A stretch of DNA of 64,000 nucleotides from Clostridiales bacterium (GCA_012838995.1 DUOD01000003.1:10602-74601); one strand, 5' to 3'. Shown: positions 9,890 to 20,656, counted from the first letter of the stretch. Notes: a model not told the origin generated them from the sequence alone. Numbers and translations are program-made.

Positions 9890-9918
9890 GGATAAAAATG
9901 TACCAGATACACATACTA
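9890..9918 (+). promoter_or_regulatory. forespore-type (sigma-F/sigma-G-like) promoter candidate for lonB: GGATA-N17-CATACTA
   Basis: The match to a forespore -35 element (gnATA) and to the sigma-G -10 consensus CATnnTA, with 17-18 bp spacing, lies ~40 nt upstream of the lonB start. B. subtilis lonB is forespore-expressed. Confidence 0.3.
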
Positions 9919-9958
9919 ATAAAGAAGTCGGGTACATCAGAAGGAGGTAATGAAAGGC

Positions 9959-11641
9959 ATGTCCAATGCTATAATTCTAATCCAATTCTTTTTTGCCGTG
10001 ATAATTGGATTATATTTTTTAAATTTGCTCAGAGGCCAGCAGAGTAACAAGTCGGCGGTGGAGAGGGAATCCAGAAAGGAAATGGAAAAACTACAAAGAT
10101 TAAGGGAAATTAAGCTGAGCGAACCTTTATCTGAAAAGACCCGACCTACATCTTTCCAGGATATAATAGGTCAGGATCAAGGCATTAAAGCTTTGAAAGC
10201 CGCACTATGCGGACCCAATCCCCAACATGTAATAATTTATGGACCTCCCGGGGTAGGCAAAACAGCCGCCGCTCGATTGGTATTGGAGGAGGCAAAGAAA
10301 AATCGTCAGTCTCCCTTTAATATAGATGCCAAGTTTGTCGAAATGGATGCAACTTCCATAAGATTTGACGAAAGGAGTATAGCCGACCCGTTGATTGGGT
10401 CTGTTCATGACCCCATATATCAGGGGGCAGGCCCGTTGGGCGTGGCGGGCATACCGCAACCAAAGCCCGGCGCTGTGACCAAAGCCCATGGAGGCGTGTT
10501 ATTCCTCGATGAGATAGGGGAATTGCACCCAATACAGATGAATAAACTGCTCAAAATATTGGAGGATCGAAAGGTATTTTTAGAAAGTGCATACTATAAT
10601 TCGGAGGACGCTAACATACCCAGGCATATACATGATATATTCCAAAATGGTCTGCCTGCCGATTTTAGGCTGGTGGGTGCCACTACCAAGAATCCTGAAG
10701 AAATACCTCCTGCCATACGATCCAGATGCCTGGAAATCTTTTTTAGGGCGTTAACACCGTCAGAAATAGTGCAAATAGCCAAGAATGCGGCAGCTAAGGG
10801 CGGCTTTACCATAGAGGAAAAGGCAGCCGAGCTCATCGGTAATTATTCCAGCAACGGCAGGGAAGCCGTAAACATTATACAGCTGTCAGGCGGTTTGGTG
10901 CTCACCCGAGGCGGCAATTGTATTACCCTAAAGGATGTGGAGTGGGTAATAAACAGCGGTCACTACAACCCCAGACCGGATAAAAAGATAAAGGACGCGC
11001 CCCAGGTGGGGTATGTAAACGGTTTGGCCGTTTATGGGCCCAATTTGGGAACCATCATAGAGATAGAAGCCTCCGCCATACCCACCGCAAAGGGTAAGGG
11101 AGCACTGATGATAAGCGGTATAGTGGATGAGGAGGAAGTGGGCTCGCCTGCCAGGCGCCTAAGAAGGAGAAGTACCGCCAGGGGTTCGGTGGACAATGTG
11201 TTAACGGTAATTAGGAAGTTTTTAGATGTGGACCCCAGGGATTACGATATTCACATTAACTTTCCCGGGGGCATCCCGATAGACGGACCGTCGGCGGGTA
11301 TAACCATCGCCACCGTAATCTATTCGGCCATAACCAATAAAAAAATCGATAACGAAATAGCCATGACGGGCGAGGTATCCATTAGGGGTGAAGTAAAACC
11401 CGTGGGTGGAGTGGTTTGTAAAATAGAAGCGGCACAACAGGCGGGAGTTAAGAAAGTATTAATTCCAAAGGACAATTACCAGCAAAGTTTTGAAGACAGG
11501 GAAATTGAAATTATTCCCGTTCAAAGGATAGAAGAAGTAATAAAACATTCGGTAATGACGGAAGAAATAAAGGAGACGTATAAGGATCCAATGAGATCAA
11601 CGGATGTTTTAACCGCTTCAGGGTTTGCAATGAAGGAATAA
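9959..11641 (+). CDS. lonB: ATP-dependent protease LonB (membrane-anchored, sporulation-type Lon)
   Basis: An N-terminal TM helix is followed by an AAA+ module ([13 protein letters not shown]) and a Lon protease domain with DGPSAGIT. An AGGAGG RBS lies 11 nt upstream of ATG 9959. Position between clpX and lon matches B. subtilis. Confidence 0.85.
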   Translation: MSNAIILIQFFFAVIIGLYFLNLLRGQQSNKSAVERESRKEMEKLQRLREIKLSEPLSEKTRPTSFQDIIGQDQGIKALKAALCGPNPQHVIIYGPPGVGKTAAARLVLEEAKKNRQSPFNIDAKFVEMDATSIRFDERSIADPLIGSVHDPIYQGAGPLGVAGIPQPKPGAVTKAHGGVLFLDEIGELHPIQMNKLLKILEDRKVFLESAYYNSEDANIPRHIHDIFQNGLPADFRLVGATTKNPEEIPPAIRSRCLEIFFRALTPSEIVQIAKNAAAKGGFTIEEKAAELIGNYSSNGREAVNIIQLSGGLVLTRGGNCITLKDVEWVINSGHYNPRPDKKIKDAPQVGYVNGLAVYGPNLGTIIEIEASAIPTAKGKGALMISGIVDEEEVGSPARRLRRRSTARGSVDNVLTVIRKFLDVDPRDYDIHINFPGGIPIDGPSAGITIATVIYSAITNKKIDNEIAMTGEVSIRGEVKPVGGVVCKIEAAQQAGVKKVLIPKDNYQQSFEDREIEIIPVQRIEEVIKHSVMTEEIKETYKDPMRSTDVLTASGFAMKE

Positions 11642-11925
11642 TCTCCATTTTCCCGTGTTTATGTGGCCCATTCCGGAAAGGAATGACGGCCCATTGTTTT
11701 TGACAAGTTAAACCGTACTTAAGATGAAGCTTGATCCACCTTAAGCAAGGTATTGCACTGCCGGCCTGAAATCCGGTCGACTGCAGCCCGGTAGTTTTCA
11801 TTGAGACGCAGTTGAAAGCCGAGGGAGTAAAAGGTATAATATTACCAGTTACTAAAATGCCGGAATGCGGCCTTTTTTATATAGAACCGTATTTTGCCAT
11901 TCGATGCAGGAAAGGAGTGATTTGA

Positions 11926-14274
11926 ATGGAAGACAGAGAGACTAAAGAGAAAATACTGCCTTTATTGCCACTGAGAGGGTTAACCATATTTCCCTATATG
12001 GTACTTCACTTTGATGTGGGCAGGCAAAAGTCCATTGCTGCCTTAGAAGAGGCCATGGTGAAGGATCAGTCCATTTTTCTGGTAACCCAAAAGGATGCCA
12101 AGGTAGATTCGCCTACCGTGGATGATATCTATAAAGTGGGTACCGTATCCAAGATAAAGCAACTTTTGAAACTGCCGGGGGATACCATAAGGGTGCTGGT
12201 GGAAGGTATTAATAGGGGCGAAATAATAGAGATAACCAAGGAAGACCCTTACTTTGAAGCGAAGATAGGCCTGCGAGAGGAAGTTAGCAGCGATGAGGAC
12301 AAGATGGAAGAAGAGGCCTTGATGCGCAGTATTATAAATATTTTCGAGAAATATGTGAAATTAAGCAACAGGATTTCTCCTGAAACCCTTTTGTCGGTAA
12401 CCACCGTTGAAGACGCTGCCCAGCTGGGGGATTTGATTGCCGCCAATGTACTGGTAAAAACCGAGGATAAGCAGGAAATATTGGAGGCCTTTGAACCTAA
12501 GACCAGGCTGGAAAAGCTTTACGGCATTCTTACTAAGGAGATAGAGATACTGGAGATAGAGAGAAAAATAAGCCTAAGGGTAAAGAAACAAATAGATAAG
12601 GTGCAGCGAGAGTATTATCTAAGGGAGCAAATGAAGGCTATCCAGAAGGAATTGGGAGAAAACGACGGTTTAGCTGGCGAAATTGAAGAATACAGAGAGA
12701 GGATCGAAAAGGCCAATTTGCCCGAAGAAGCCAATGAAAAGGCTTTGAAGGAGCTTGAACGCCTGAGAAAAATGTCCCCGGGGTCGGCGGAGGGTTCGGT
12801 AATAAGAACGTATTTAGACTGGATTTTGGATCTTCCGTGGAACAATGAAACCGATGACCACTTGGATTTAAAGGAAGCAAAAAGAATTCTCGACGAAGAT
12901 CACTATGGTCTCGATAATGTAAAGGAACGGGTATTGGAATACCTGGCCATACGAAAGCTTACCAACAAGATGAAGGGGCCTATTCTTTGTTTTGTCGGTC
13001 CTCCGGGCGTGGGAAAGACTTCGATAGCCAGGTCCATAGCCAGGGCCCTTAACAGAAAATTTGTTAGGATGTCCCTGGGAGGTGTCAGGGATGAAGCCGA
13101 AATTCGTGGTCATAGGAGGACCTATGTAGGAGCCATTCCCGGCAGGGTGATTTATTCCATAAAACAGGCAGGTACAAAAAATCCGGTGTTTTTATTCGAT
13201 GAAATAGACAAAATGAGCTCTGATTTCAGGGGTGATCCGGCCTCTGCGATGTTGGAGGTACTAGACGCCGAGCAAAACTATGCTTTTACCGATCATTATC
13301 TTGAGTTGCCCTTTGATTTGTCCAGGGTGATGTTTTTAACCACTGCAAATACCCTGGATACCATACCAAGGCCGCTGTTGGACAGGATGGAAGTAATCAA
13401 CATTACCGGTTATACAGAAGAGGAAAAGGTAAATATCGCCCAGCGACACTTGATACCCAAACAATTAAAGGAGCATGGCTTGTCTAAGGACAGTTTGATG
13501 ATATCGGAAACCACAATAAGGGATATCATAAATTATTATACTCGGGAGTCGGGGGTTAGAAATCTTGAAAGGGAGATAGCCAATATATGTCGTAAGGCTG
13601 CCCGTAAGATAGTAGAAACCGGCAGAAAAAGGATTAGAGTTACCGGTAAAAACTTAGAAAAATATCTGGGCATACGTAAGTACAGGTATGAAAAGGCCGG
13701 TAAAAAGGATCAAATGGGTATTGCTACCGGTTTGGCATGGACGGTTGGGGGTGGAGATACCCTTTCCATTGAGGTTACGCCCATGGCCGGTACCGGTAAA
13801 TTGGTATTAACCGGTCAATTGGGAGATGTTATGCAGGAATCGGCCAAAGCCGGACTGAGTTATGTAAGAGCAAACGCCGAGTCGCTGAAGATAGACAGCC
13901 AGTTTTATAAAAATACCGATATCCATATTCACATACCGGAGGGAGCCATACCTAAGGACGGCCCGTCGGCCGGCATAACAATGACTACTGCCTTGATTTC
14001 CGCCCTTACCAAGATACCCGTTAGGCGAAACGTTGCGATGACAGGGGAAATAACCCTGCGGGGCAGGGTGCTGCCTGTTGGTGGTTTAAAGGAAAAAGCG
14101 CTGGCTGCCATCAGGGCGGGGATAGATACGGTGATCGTACCTGAGGACAATAAGAAGGAGATAGACGATATTCCTGACAATATAAGGCGAAAGGTTAAGT
14201 TCCTTTTCGTAAATTCCATGGATCAGGTATTAGAATATGCATTAGTCCGGGAGACGCCTAATGAGGATAAATAA
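11926..14274 (+). CDS. lon: ATP-dependent protease La
   Basis: The Lon N-terminal LAN domain, an AAA+ module (GPPGVGKTS) and a protease domain ([10 protein letters not shown], catalytic Ser-Lys dyad) are all present. Confidence 0.95.
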   Translation: MEDRETKEKILPLLPLRGLTIFPYMVLHFDVGRQKSIAALEEAMVKDQSIFLVTQKDAKVDSPTVDDIYKVGTVSKIKQLLKLPGDTIRVLVEGINRGEIIEITKEDPYFEAKIGLREEVSSDEDKMEEEALMRSIINIFEKYVKLSNRISPETLLSVTTVEDAAQLGDLIAANVLVKTEDKQEILEAFEPKTRLEKLYGILTKEIEILEIERKISLRVKKQIDKVQREYYLREQMKAIQKELGENDGLAGEIEEYRERIEKANLPEEANEKALKELERLRKMSPGSAEGSVIRTYLDWILDLPWNNETDDHLDLKEAKRILDEDHYGLDNVKERVLEYLAIRKLTNKMKGPILCFVGPPGVGKTSIARSIARALNRKFVRMSLGGVRDEAEIRGHRRTYVGAIPGRVIYSIKQAGTKNPVFLFDEIDKMSSDFRGDPASAMLEVLDAEQNYAFTDHYLELPFDLSRVMFLTTANTLDTIPRPLLDRMEVINITGYTEEEKVNIAQRHLIPKQLKEHGLSKDSLMISETTIRDIINYYTRESGVRNLEREIANICRKAARKIVETGRKRIRVTGKNLEKYLGIRKYRYEKAGKKDQMGIATGLAWTVGGGDTLSIEVTPMAGTGKLVLTGQLGDVMQESAKAGLSYVRANAESLKIDSQFYKNTDIHIHIPEGAIPKDGPSAGITMTTALISALTKIPVRRNVAMTGEITLRGRVLPVGGLKEKALAAIRAGIDTVIVPEDNKKEIDDIPDNIRRKVKFLFVNSMDQVLEYALVRETPNEDK

Positions 14275-14866
14275 CGCCCGCTACGTCATAAGTGCGGTAA
14301 ACAAAGAGCAGTATCCCCGCCATGATCTTCCGGAGTTTGTTTTGGTGGGTAAGTCCAACGTCGGGAAATCTTCCTTTATAAACAGTATCACCAACAGAAA
14401 AAAACTGGCCCATGTAAGTTCCCAACCTGGCAAAACCCGAACCATAAATTTTTACAATATAGACGACAAGTTTTATTTTGTGGATTTACCCGGGTATGGT
14501 TTTGCCAAGGTATCCAGAAGGGAAAAGGCACGCTGGGCTAATATGGTGAATGAATATTTGTCCCAAAGGGATAACATAAAACTGATTATACAGTTGCTGG
14601 ATATACGTCACCCCCCAACCAAGGATGACGTAACCATGTATGAATATATAACCTACTATAACCTAAACCGTATAATTGTAGCCACAAAGGTTGATAAAAT
14701 ATCGCGTAATAAGGTAAAGGCTAATTTGGATATTATCGGCAAGCATCTTAACCTATCCGACCGGACTTTAATAATACCCTATTCTTCATACAGCGGACAG
14801 GGAAGGGAAGAAATTTTAAAAATTCTTCAACAAAATTATAAAAATATACAATTGCGGGAAAAATAA
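14261..14866 (+). CDS. engB: ribosome biogenesis GTP-binding protein EngB/YsxC
   Basis: G1 motif [12 protein letters not shown] and G3 motif DLPGYG are present. The gene overlaps the lon stop and sits downstream of lon as in B. subtilis. Confidence 0.85.
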   Translation: MRINNARYVISAVNKEQYPRHDLPEFVLVGKSNVGKSSFINSITNRKKLAHVSSQPGKTRTINFYNIDDKFYFVDLPGYGFAKVSRREKARWANMVNEYLSQRDNIKLIIQLLDIRHPPTKDDVTMYEYITYYNLNRIIVATKVDKISRNKVKANLDIIGKHLNLSDRTLIIPYSSYSGQGREEILKILQQNYKNIQLREK

Positions 14867-14898
14867 CCCTGTAACAATTTAAGAAAGGGTGGATAATT

Positions 14899-15060
14899 AT
14901 GGGCAGTGTGTTCTGCTTAATTTGCGGATGTCCGGTGGATGCTGAAACATCGGAAACCTGTGGACAATGCGGCAGCCCGATATGCGACGAATGTATAGAT
15001 TCCTTTGACGGCTTTTGTGAAGGCTGTTATGAAGAAATATCAGATGATGAAGACTATTAA
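14899..15060 (+). CDS. small (53 aa) cysteine-rich acidic protein, putative zinc-ribbon (not in supplied ORF track: below length cutoff)
   Basis: Product is MGSVFCLICGCPVDAETSETCGQCGSPICDECIDSFDGFCEGCYEEISDDEDY, with 9 Cys in CxxCxC, CxxC, CxxC and CxxC spacing. A GGGTGG RBS lies 8 nt upstream and a strong terminator lies immediately downstream. Confidence 0.4.
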   Translation: MGSVFCLICGCPVDAETSETCGQCGSPICDECIDSFDGFCEGCYEEISDDEDY

Positions 15061-15062
15061 AA

Positions 15063-15090
15063 AGAGGACCCAATCCTGGGTCCTCTATCA
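15063..15090. terminator. bidirectional rho-independent terminator between engB/small ORF (+) and EamA gene (-)
   Basis: Sequence GAGGACCCA-atcc-TGGGTCCTC (9-bp GC-rich stem) with T-runs on both sides, TTTTAATAG on the - strand. Confidence 0.7.
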
Positions 15091-15103
15091 TTTTCGCAGT
15101 AGT

Positions 15104-15988
15104 TTATAAAGACGGTTTATCCGAATTTTTATTGAACTTAAATTCCGCCAGCACCACTCCCGCAATTATAAGGCAAGCGCCTACTATGTGACGAGGGGTT
15201 AGTACTTCTTGGTGCACAAAATATGCGAACATGGCACCGAAGATAGGTTCTGCAGTAAAAATCAAGGCGGTGTGGGTGGCGGTGGTATATCTTTGTACGG
15301 TGTTTTGGATGACAAATGCTAAACCGGTGGCTAAAATACCGGTGATTAATATGGCTGTTATTACATTCGCGGAAAATATAATAGATGTATAAATACTTCT
15401 TTCCAAAGCAAGGGAAAACCCACCGCTTATCGCGGCTATAAAAATAATCTGCAGCATGGCCAATAAAATTGAATCTACCTTATTGGTAAACCTTTCTATC
15501 AGTATAACTGAAGCGCCAAAACAAATGGCGCACATAAAGGTATAAATATCACCTGTATTAATGGATAAACCTTCGTCCAAAGTCAGCAAAGCCAAGCCGA
15601 GTATGGCAACAGGTATACCAAAAAGGGCTGACCTGTCAGGTGCCTTTCTAAAGAACAATAAGGACATTATGGGTACAAAAACAACCGATAGGGATGTTAT
15701 AAAGACGGAATTGGATGCCGTTGTATATATCAATCCTACGGTCTGGAGGGCAGAGCCTGCAAATAAAAAAACGGCAATTATGAGGCTGTATATCAGTACA
15801 TGTTTATTGATACTTTTGTATCTTCTTATAAATACTATGGACAGAAAAATAAAAGCTAACAAGTGCCTAATAAATATAAAGGTATAAGGCGGTATATCAT
15901 TGATGGCATTTTTTATTAAGACAAAGGTTGATCCCCATATAAAGGCTACCAATAACAGCAGCATATCGGCTTTCAGTTGTTTTGACAT
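15104..15988 (-). CDS. EamA-family (DMT superfamily) transporter, 10-TM
   Basis: 294 aa with two EamA repeats. It is hydrophobic throughout. Confidence 0.8.
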   Translation of the reverse strand: MSKQLKADMLLLLVAFIWGSTFVLIKNAINDIPPYTFIFIRHLLAFIFLSIVFIRRYKSINKHVLIYSLIIAVFLFAGSALQTVGLIYTTASNSVFITSLSVVFVPIMSLLFFRKAPDRSALFGIPVAILGLALLTLDEGLSINTGDIYTFMCAICFGASVILIERFTNKVDSILLAMLQIIFIAAISGGFSLALERSIYTSIIFSANVITAILITGILATGLAFVIQNTVQRYTTATHTALIFTAEPIFGAMFAYFVHQEVLTPRHIVGACLIIAGVVLAEFKFNKNSDKPSL

Positions 15989-16267
15989 ACCTTCACCCCG
16001 TTAAACTCTAAAGCAACATAATCTATATATTAAAGATTTTATTGATTGCTGTCAATGGCCGCCCATGCATAAATATGGATGTCCACAGTAAAAAAGTGAA
16101 ATAGTACTTAAACAAAAGTTAACATAAAATAAATAATATTGTAATACAATCGTAACACTATACGGCAAATGACAGGGGGGACGGTTTATTATATAATAGT
16201 CCAAAACAAAGGCAAGGATTAAGGATATACCGTTAATTCTTGGCATTTTATTGGGAGGGTGTTAAGG

Positions 16268-16891
16268 GTGAGAAAGACGATTAAAATAGGCTTGATAGCA
16301 ATATTATGTATAGCAATTATGTCTACAATATTTGTCGGCACGGCCATGGCCGACAGCCGTCATACGGTTAAGCCGGGTGATACACTGTGGTTGATTTCAA
16401 GGTGGTATGGTACCACCGTCAATGCAATAAAACAGAGAAACGGTTACTGGAGTAACATGATATATCCCGGTCAGGTGTTTACAATACCGTCCGGTGCTCC
16501 TAAGACCAAAACTGCAACTGCGGCAAGGACTCAACAAAACAGTTGGGACATAAATCTTTTGGCTAAGGCCATATACGCCGAAGCCAGAGGCGAGCCCCTG
16601 GAGGGACAGGTGGCCGTAGGCGCTGTTATATTAAACAGGGTTAAACATAAGAATTTTCCCAATACCTTGAAGGGAGTTATTTACCAAGCAGGTGCATTTT
16701 GTGTTGTCAGGGACGGACAGATAAACCTGCAGCCCAGCAGTACTGCCAAAAAAGCCGCTGAATTGGCTGTTAAGGGTTGGGATCCCACCAACGGTGCCAT
16801 ATACTTCTACAACCCGGCAAAGACCACAAACAAATGGATATGTAGCAGGCCGATTACTGCAAAGATTGGCAGTCATTGGTTTGCAAAATAA
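16268..16891 (+). CDS. LysM-domain cell-wall hydrolase, SleB/CwlJ (Hydrolase_2) family; probable spore cortex-lytic enzyme
   Basis: A signal peptide is followed by LysM (HTVKPGDTLWLISRWYGTTVNAIKQRNGY...GQVFTIP) and then a Hydrolase_2 domain (LLAKAIYAEARGEPLEGQVAVGAVILNRV...FYNP). A GGGAGGG RBS lies 8 nt upstream of GTG 16268. Confidence 0.75.
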   Translation: MRKTIKIGLIAILCIAIMSTIFVGTAMADSRHTVKPGDTLWLISRWYGTTVNAIKQRNGYWSNMIYPGQVFTIPSGAPKTKTATAARTQQNSWDINLLAKAIYAEARGEPLEGQVAVGAVILNRVKHKNFPNTLKGVIYQAGAFCVVRDGQINLQPSSTAKKAAELAVKGWDPTNGAIYFYNPAKTTNKWICSRPITAKIGSHWFAK

Positions 16892-16896
16892 AAAAA

Positions 16897-16923
16897 CCGG
16901 CATATGCCGGTTTTTTTATTTTT
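16897..16923 (+). terminator. rho-independent terminator after the SleB-like gene
   Basis: Palindrome CCGGCATATGCCGG followed by TTTTTTTATTTTT. Confidence 0.85.
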
Positions 16924-17193
16924 ATGATAAGGGGAATACCTTTGGGGCTTCTTGTAACAACATGGTAAAAATGTTATTCTTAACTTATGGATAATGTTAG
17001 ATAAACATCCCAAGTTTTTTCCATCCGTCATGGGAAATTATGGCAGATCGACAGATAAATGACTTTGTATTGCCAAGGGGAGAATGGAAAAAATACAATT
17101 ATAATAAAAAAATGCACTGGCGGTGTAACTATAGCCGAAATGATAATTGTCAGTATATTTTATATAGACAATTAAACAAAAGGAGATGATTTT

Positions 17194-18627
17194 ATGGAAA
17201 AATTCCGGCAGCAAAAATGGAAGGAAGATATGAGAATACGTTTTGATTTCAACAATATGATGGAAGAATTTGTGGGCACCGAAGAAGGAATACAAAAGAA
17301 AGATATATTGGCCATGGAGGATAGAATACATAGGGCAGCCGCCGGGATGAAGGAAAAGCGTAAAAAAGGCGGTATGGCCTGGAGAGACCTGCCCTATAAC
17401 CAGGCCGAAGTTGTAGCTGACATTAAAAAAACAGCAGCCGAGATCCAGCGTTCCTTTGAAAATTTTGTCGTTTTAGGTATAGGGGGATCGGCATTGGGGC
17501 CCATTGCCGTCCATCAAGCCCTCAATCATATATATTATAATGAGTTGCCAAAGGACTTAAGAGGGTATCCCAGGTTTTACGTAGTGGACAATATAGACCC
17601 TGAGAGAATGGCGGCTTTATTTGATATCATAGAGCCTAAGGAAACCATGTTTAACGTTATTACCAAATCGGGTGCAACATCGGAAACCATGGCCCAATTT
17701 TTGATAGTTCGCAATATGCTAAGGGAAGCAGTGGGAGATAAGTATAACAACCATATCATTGCCACTACCGATAAAGAAAAGGGCAACCTTGTGAAAATTG
17801 CCCGGGAGGAAGGATTTAAAACCTTTTATATACCCGCCGGTGTGGGGGGTAGGTTCTCTGAGCTTTCACCGGTAGGCTTGCTGCCGGCTGCCGTTACCGG
17901 TATAGATATTGATGAATTATTGGCAGGTGCTGCCTTTATGGATGAGGCATGCAGCGTCGACAATGTCTTTGAAAATCCCGCCTATATGGCTGCCACACTG
18001 CAGTACATAGCTATAAACAAAGGGAAAAATATATCTGTCATGATGCCCTATTCCGACGGACTAAAATATATGGCCGATTGGTATGCCCAGTTATGGGCCG
18101 AAAGCCTGGGAAAGAGATATGATGTGGACGGTAATCAGGTGTTTACCGGTCAGACCCCGGTTAAAGCCCTGGGGGTAACCGACCAACATTCCCAAGTCCA
18201 GCTTTATACGGAGGGGCCCTTTGATAAGGTAATAACCTTTTTAAGGGTGGATAGATACAGGGCTGAAATGAATATTCCCTCCGGGTATCAAGACATGCCT
18301 GCTGTTTCCTTTTTAGGCGGCCATAGTTTAAATGAACTTATTCGCGCCGAGCAGTGGGCTACGGAATATGCCCTGCTCAAGGCCAATAGGCTGAATCGTA
18401 CCATCGTGCTGCCTGAGATAAATCCGTTTACCATTGGCCAACTTTTGTATTTCCTGGAATTAGAGACGGCCTTTTGTGGGGAGTTACTTAATATTAATGC
18501 CTTTGACCAGCCCGGTGTGGAAGAGGGCAAAAAAGCCACCTTTGCTTTGCTGGGCAGAGAGGGCTATGAAGAAAAGAGGGCCGAACTTGAAAAAGGTCTG
18601 AATAAAAAAAAGGAGTACATATTATAG
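17194..18627 (+). CDS. pgi: glucose-6-phosphate isomerase
   Basis: 477 aa of the PGI family with VLGIGGSALGP and GGRFSELSPVGLLP. An AAGGAG RBS lies upstream. Confidence 0.9.
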   Translation: MEKFRQQKWKEDMRIRFDFNNMMEEFVGTEEGIQKKDILAMEDRIHRAAAGMKEKRKKGGMAWRDLPYNQAEVVADIKKTAAEIQRSFENFVVLGIGGSALGPIAVHQALNHIYYNELPKDLRGYPRFYVVDNIDPERMAALFDIIEPKETMFNVITKSGATSETMAQFLIVRNMLREAVGDKYNNHIIATTDKEKGNLVKIAREEGFKTFYIPAGVGGRFSELSPVGLLPAAVTGIDIDELLAGAAFMDEACSVDNVFENPAYMAATLQYIAINKGKNISVMMPYSDGLKYMADWYAQLWAESLGKRYDVDGNQVFTGQTPVKALGVTDQHSQVQLYTEGPFDKVITFLRVDRYRAEMNIPSGYQDMPAVSFLGGHSLNELIRAEQWATEYALLKANRLNRTIVLPEINPFTIGQLLYFLELETAFCGELLNINAFDQPGVEEGKKATFALLGREGYEEKRAELEKGLNKKKEYIL

Positions 18628-18775
18628 TTGAGATGAACAAAAAGTATTACCCTCTTATTGTCTGGGTCACATAAAAAGCTGCATTGTTTTATCAAAGGGG
18701 AAGGGTTCAAGATCCTTTTAGCAAAAAAGCCGTTGCAAAACATTTATTTGATAAAAAATAAGCAAAGGAAGGATT

Positions 18776-18814
18776 AAACGCCATGGTTTTTTCGAAATCA
18801 TGGCGTTTTTTCTT
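18776..18814 (+). terminator. probable rho-independent terminator downstream of pgi
   Basis: Sequence AACGCCATG...CATGGCGTT followed by TTTTTTC. Confidence 0.55.
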
Positions 18815-18951
18815 TGTAGCCAGGGCCGGTGGTTAGATATTATATAAATAATTTCATAATTTAGGAGGAAAATAACAAAACAGGAAGAATATATACATAT
18901 TATACCTTATATGGAAAAATGTAGAATAATGTATTATTGTGGGGGAAGGGT

Positions 18952-19845
18952 ATGAGATATTCAAGGTTACGAAGAAAAAAGCAAGGCAGGAAACATATAA
19001 AAATTCTGTCCATATTACTTATTGTTTTTTTAGTACTTTTTTTTGGTCTGGCCGGATTTTTAGGAAAGTTCATAAGCAACTTTATTATTTCACCGATTTT
19101 TACCCAGCAAGGGTCGACCGTAGATGATGAAACCTTACCCCCCGATGGGAATGAATCGGAAAGTCAAAGGACAAAGGATGAAGCAGACGGTCTTTCGGAT
19201 CAAAGGCTTACCGAGAATATACAATTAAAACCTATAAATTTTTATGCACTTCAGGTAGGAGCCTATGAAGATATAAAAAACTGCCAATTAAAAGTTAATG
19301 AAATAAAACCCCTTGGCGAGGGCGGATATGTCCTTGAAGATAACTATTTTAGAGCCATTGCCGGCATGTATACCACAAATAAACAAATAGAGGAGGCCGA
19401 AAAAGCATTACATAAAAAGGGCATAGAATACAGGGTGCATTCCATACCCTGTAAGGGTTTAAATTTAAAAGTGAGTGCCTCTTCTGATAGGGTTGAATTT
19501 ATCGATGAAAGCATTCAGCTTATCCATCAGGTCTTAAACCAAATGCCCCAGCTAACGGTGGAAGTCCAAAAGGGCGATAAAGACGTTGCGACGGCGGTAA
19601 AGGAACTGAAAATTATCTATGAACAAATAAAGGAAAAGTTAAAAACCTTATCATCGCTGGCCAAAGGAGATAACAAGCCGCTGACCGGCATGAAAAATAT
19701 ATACGAAAATTATGAACAAAGGGTTAAAATTATAATTGACGAAAATTTCACAAATTCAATGGTCTTTTTGTCTCAAATAAAGTATACTTATAGTGAAATG
19801 GTGATTATGTATAGAGATTTTATAAACCATCTGTCCACGAAATAA
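18952..19845 (+). CDS. membrane-anchored SPOR-domain protein with uncharacterised C-terminal domain
   Basis: A basic N-terminus and TM helix are followed by an acidic linker. The SPOR fold is suggested by INFYALQVGAYEDIKNCQLKVNEIKPLGEGGYVLEDNYFRAIAGMYTTNKQIEEAEK. A GGGGGAAGGG RBS lies upstream of ATG 18952. Confidence 0.6.
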   Translation: MRYSRLRRKKQGRKHIKILSILLIVFLVLFFGLAGFLGKFISNFIISPIFTQQGSTVDDETLPPDGNESESQRTKDEADGLSDQRLTENIQLKPINFYALQVGAYEDIKNCQLKVNEIKPLGEGGYVLEDNYFRAIAGMYTTNKQIEEAEKALHKKGIEYRVHSIPCKGLNLKVSASSDRVEFIDESIQLIHQVLNQMPQLTVEVQKGDKDVATAVKELKIIYEQIKEKLKTLSSLAKGDNKPLTGMKNIYENYEQRVKIIIDENFTNSMVFLSQIKYTYSEMVIMYRDFINHLSTK

Positions 19846-19864
19846 AGGGGGTAAATTTTTAATA

Positions 19865-20215
19865 GTGAAACTTCGACAAATAATTGAAATACTAGACGGA
19901 CAACTCATTTGCGGAAGTCAGCTTTTAGATACTGAAATAAAATCTGCCTGTGGTTCTGATCTGATGAGCGATGTTTTGCTCTTTGTCAAAAAAAACAGCA
20001 TCCTGCTGACGGGCTTAACCCATCCTCAGGTTATAAGGACGGCAGAGATGCTTGATGTTAAGGCGATTGTACTGGTTAGGGGAAAAAGACCCAGTCCCAT
20101 GTTAATTCAAATGGCCCGGGAAAACAATATTGCCATCGTTACCACCGACTATACCTTATACACCGCCTGCGGCAAGCTGTACGTTAATGGTCTGTCGGGG
20201 GAAATGGACGAATAA
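19865..20215 (+). CDS. DRTGG-domain protein (hydrogenase-associated regulatory module)
   Basis: 116 aa of DRTGG type (...VLLTGLTHPQVIRTAEMLDVKAIVLVRGKRPSP.MI..A.ENNIAIV.T). Start is GTG. Confidence 0.7.
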   Translation: MKLRQIIEILDGQLICGSQLLDTEIKSACGSDLMSDVLLFVKKNSILLTGLTHPQVIRTAEMLDVKAIVLVRGKRPSPMLIQMARENNIAIVTTDYTLYTACGKLYVNGLSGEMDE

Positions 20216-20218
20216 ATT

Positions 20219-20656
20219 ATGAAAAACAACAAACCGTCGATTAAGCAAACATTCGATATATCGGCAGGGAACTTCTCGGTTGCAGGCAGTGCGTCAAGCA
20301 GAATAAAAAACATGCTTAAACGGATTGGTATAGACGACAAAATAATCCGTCGGGTTGCTGTGGCCACCTATGAGGCGGAAATGAACATCGCAATCCATTC
20401 CCACGGTGGAACGCTATGTATTGAAATTTTCCCGGATGTAATAATTATAGTTGCAAAGGACAAAGGTCCCGGCATCAAGAATGTAGCCTTAGCCATGGAG
20501 GAGGGGTATTCAACGGCAACGGATGAAATCAGGGCAATGGGCTTTGGTGCGGGTATGGGATTGCCGAATATGAAAAAATGTTCTGACGAATTTGATATAC
20601 AATCAACATTGGGTGTTGGTACCAGGGTGGAAATGAAAATGTATAATAAAGAATAA
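20219..20656 (+). CDS. SpoIIAB/RsbW-like anti-sigma-factor-type serine kinase (HATPase_c_2)
   Basis: 145 aa with a GHKL ATPase core: N-box AVATYEAEMNIAIHS and G-boxes DKGPGI and GFGAGMGL. Confidence 0.7.
   Translation: MKNNKPSIKQTFDISAGNFSVAGSASSRIKNMLKRIGIDDKIIRRVAVATYEAEMNIAIHSHGGTLCIEIFPDVIIIVAKDKGPGIKNVALAMEEGYSTATDEIRAMGFGAGMGLPNMKKCSDEFDIQSTLGVGTRVEMKMYNKE

Noticed and set aside
11642-11925. A heat-shock operator (CIRCE or CtsR box) upstream of lon.
   Set aside because: No TTAGCACTC-N9-GAGTGCTAA sequence and no GGTCAAA direct repeats were found. Only weak hairpins are present: CATTCC-ggaaa-GGAATG, which is a possible weak lonB terminator, and GCCGgaatgCGGC.
14897-15091. A 64-aa - strand ORF in the engB-EamA spacer.
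   Set aside because: It has no RBS and it spans the bidirectional terminator hairpin. The + strand 53-aa Cys-rich ORF with an RBS is the better explanation of the coding potential here.
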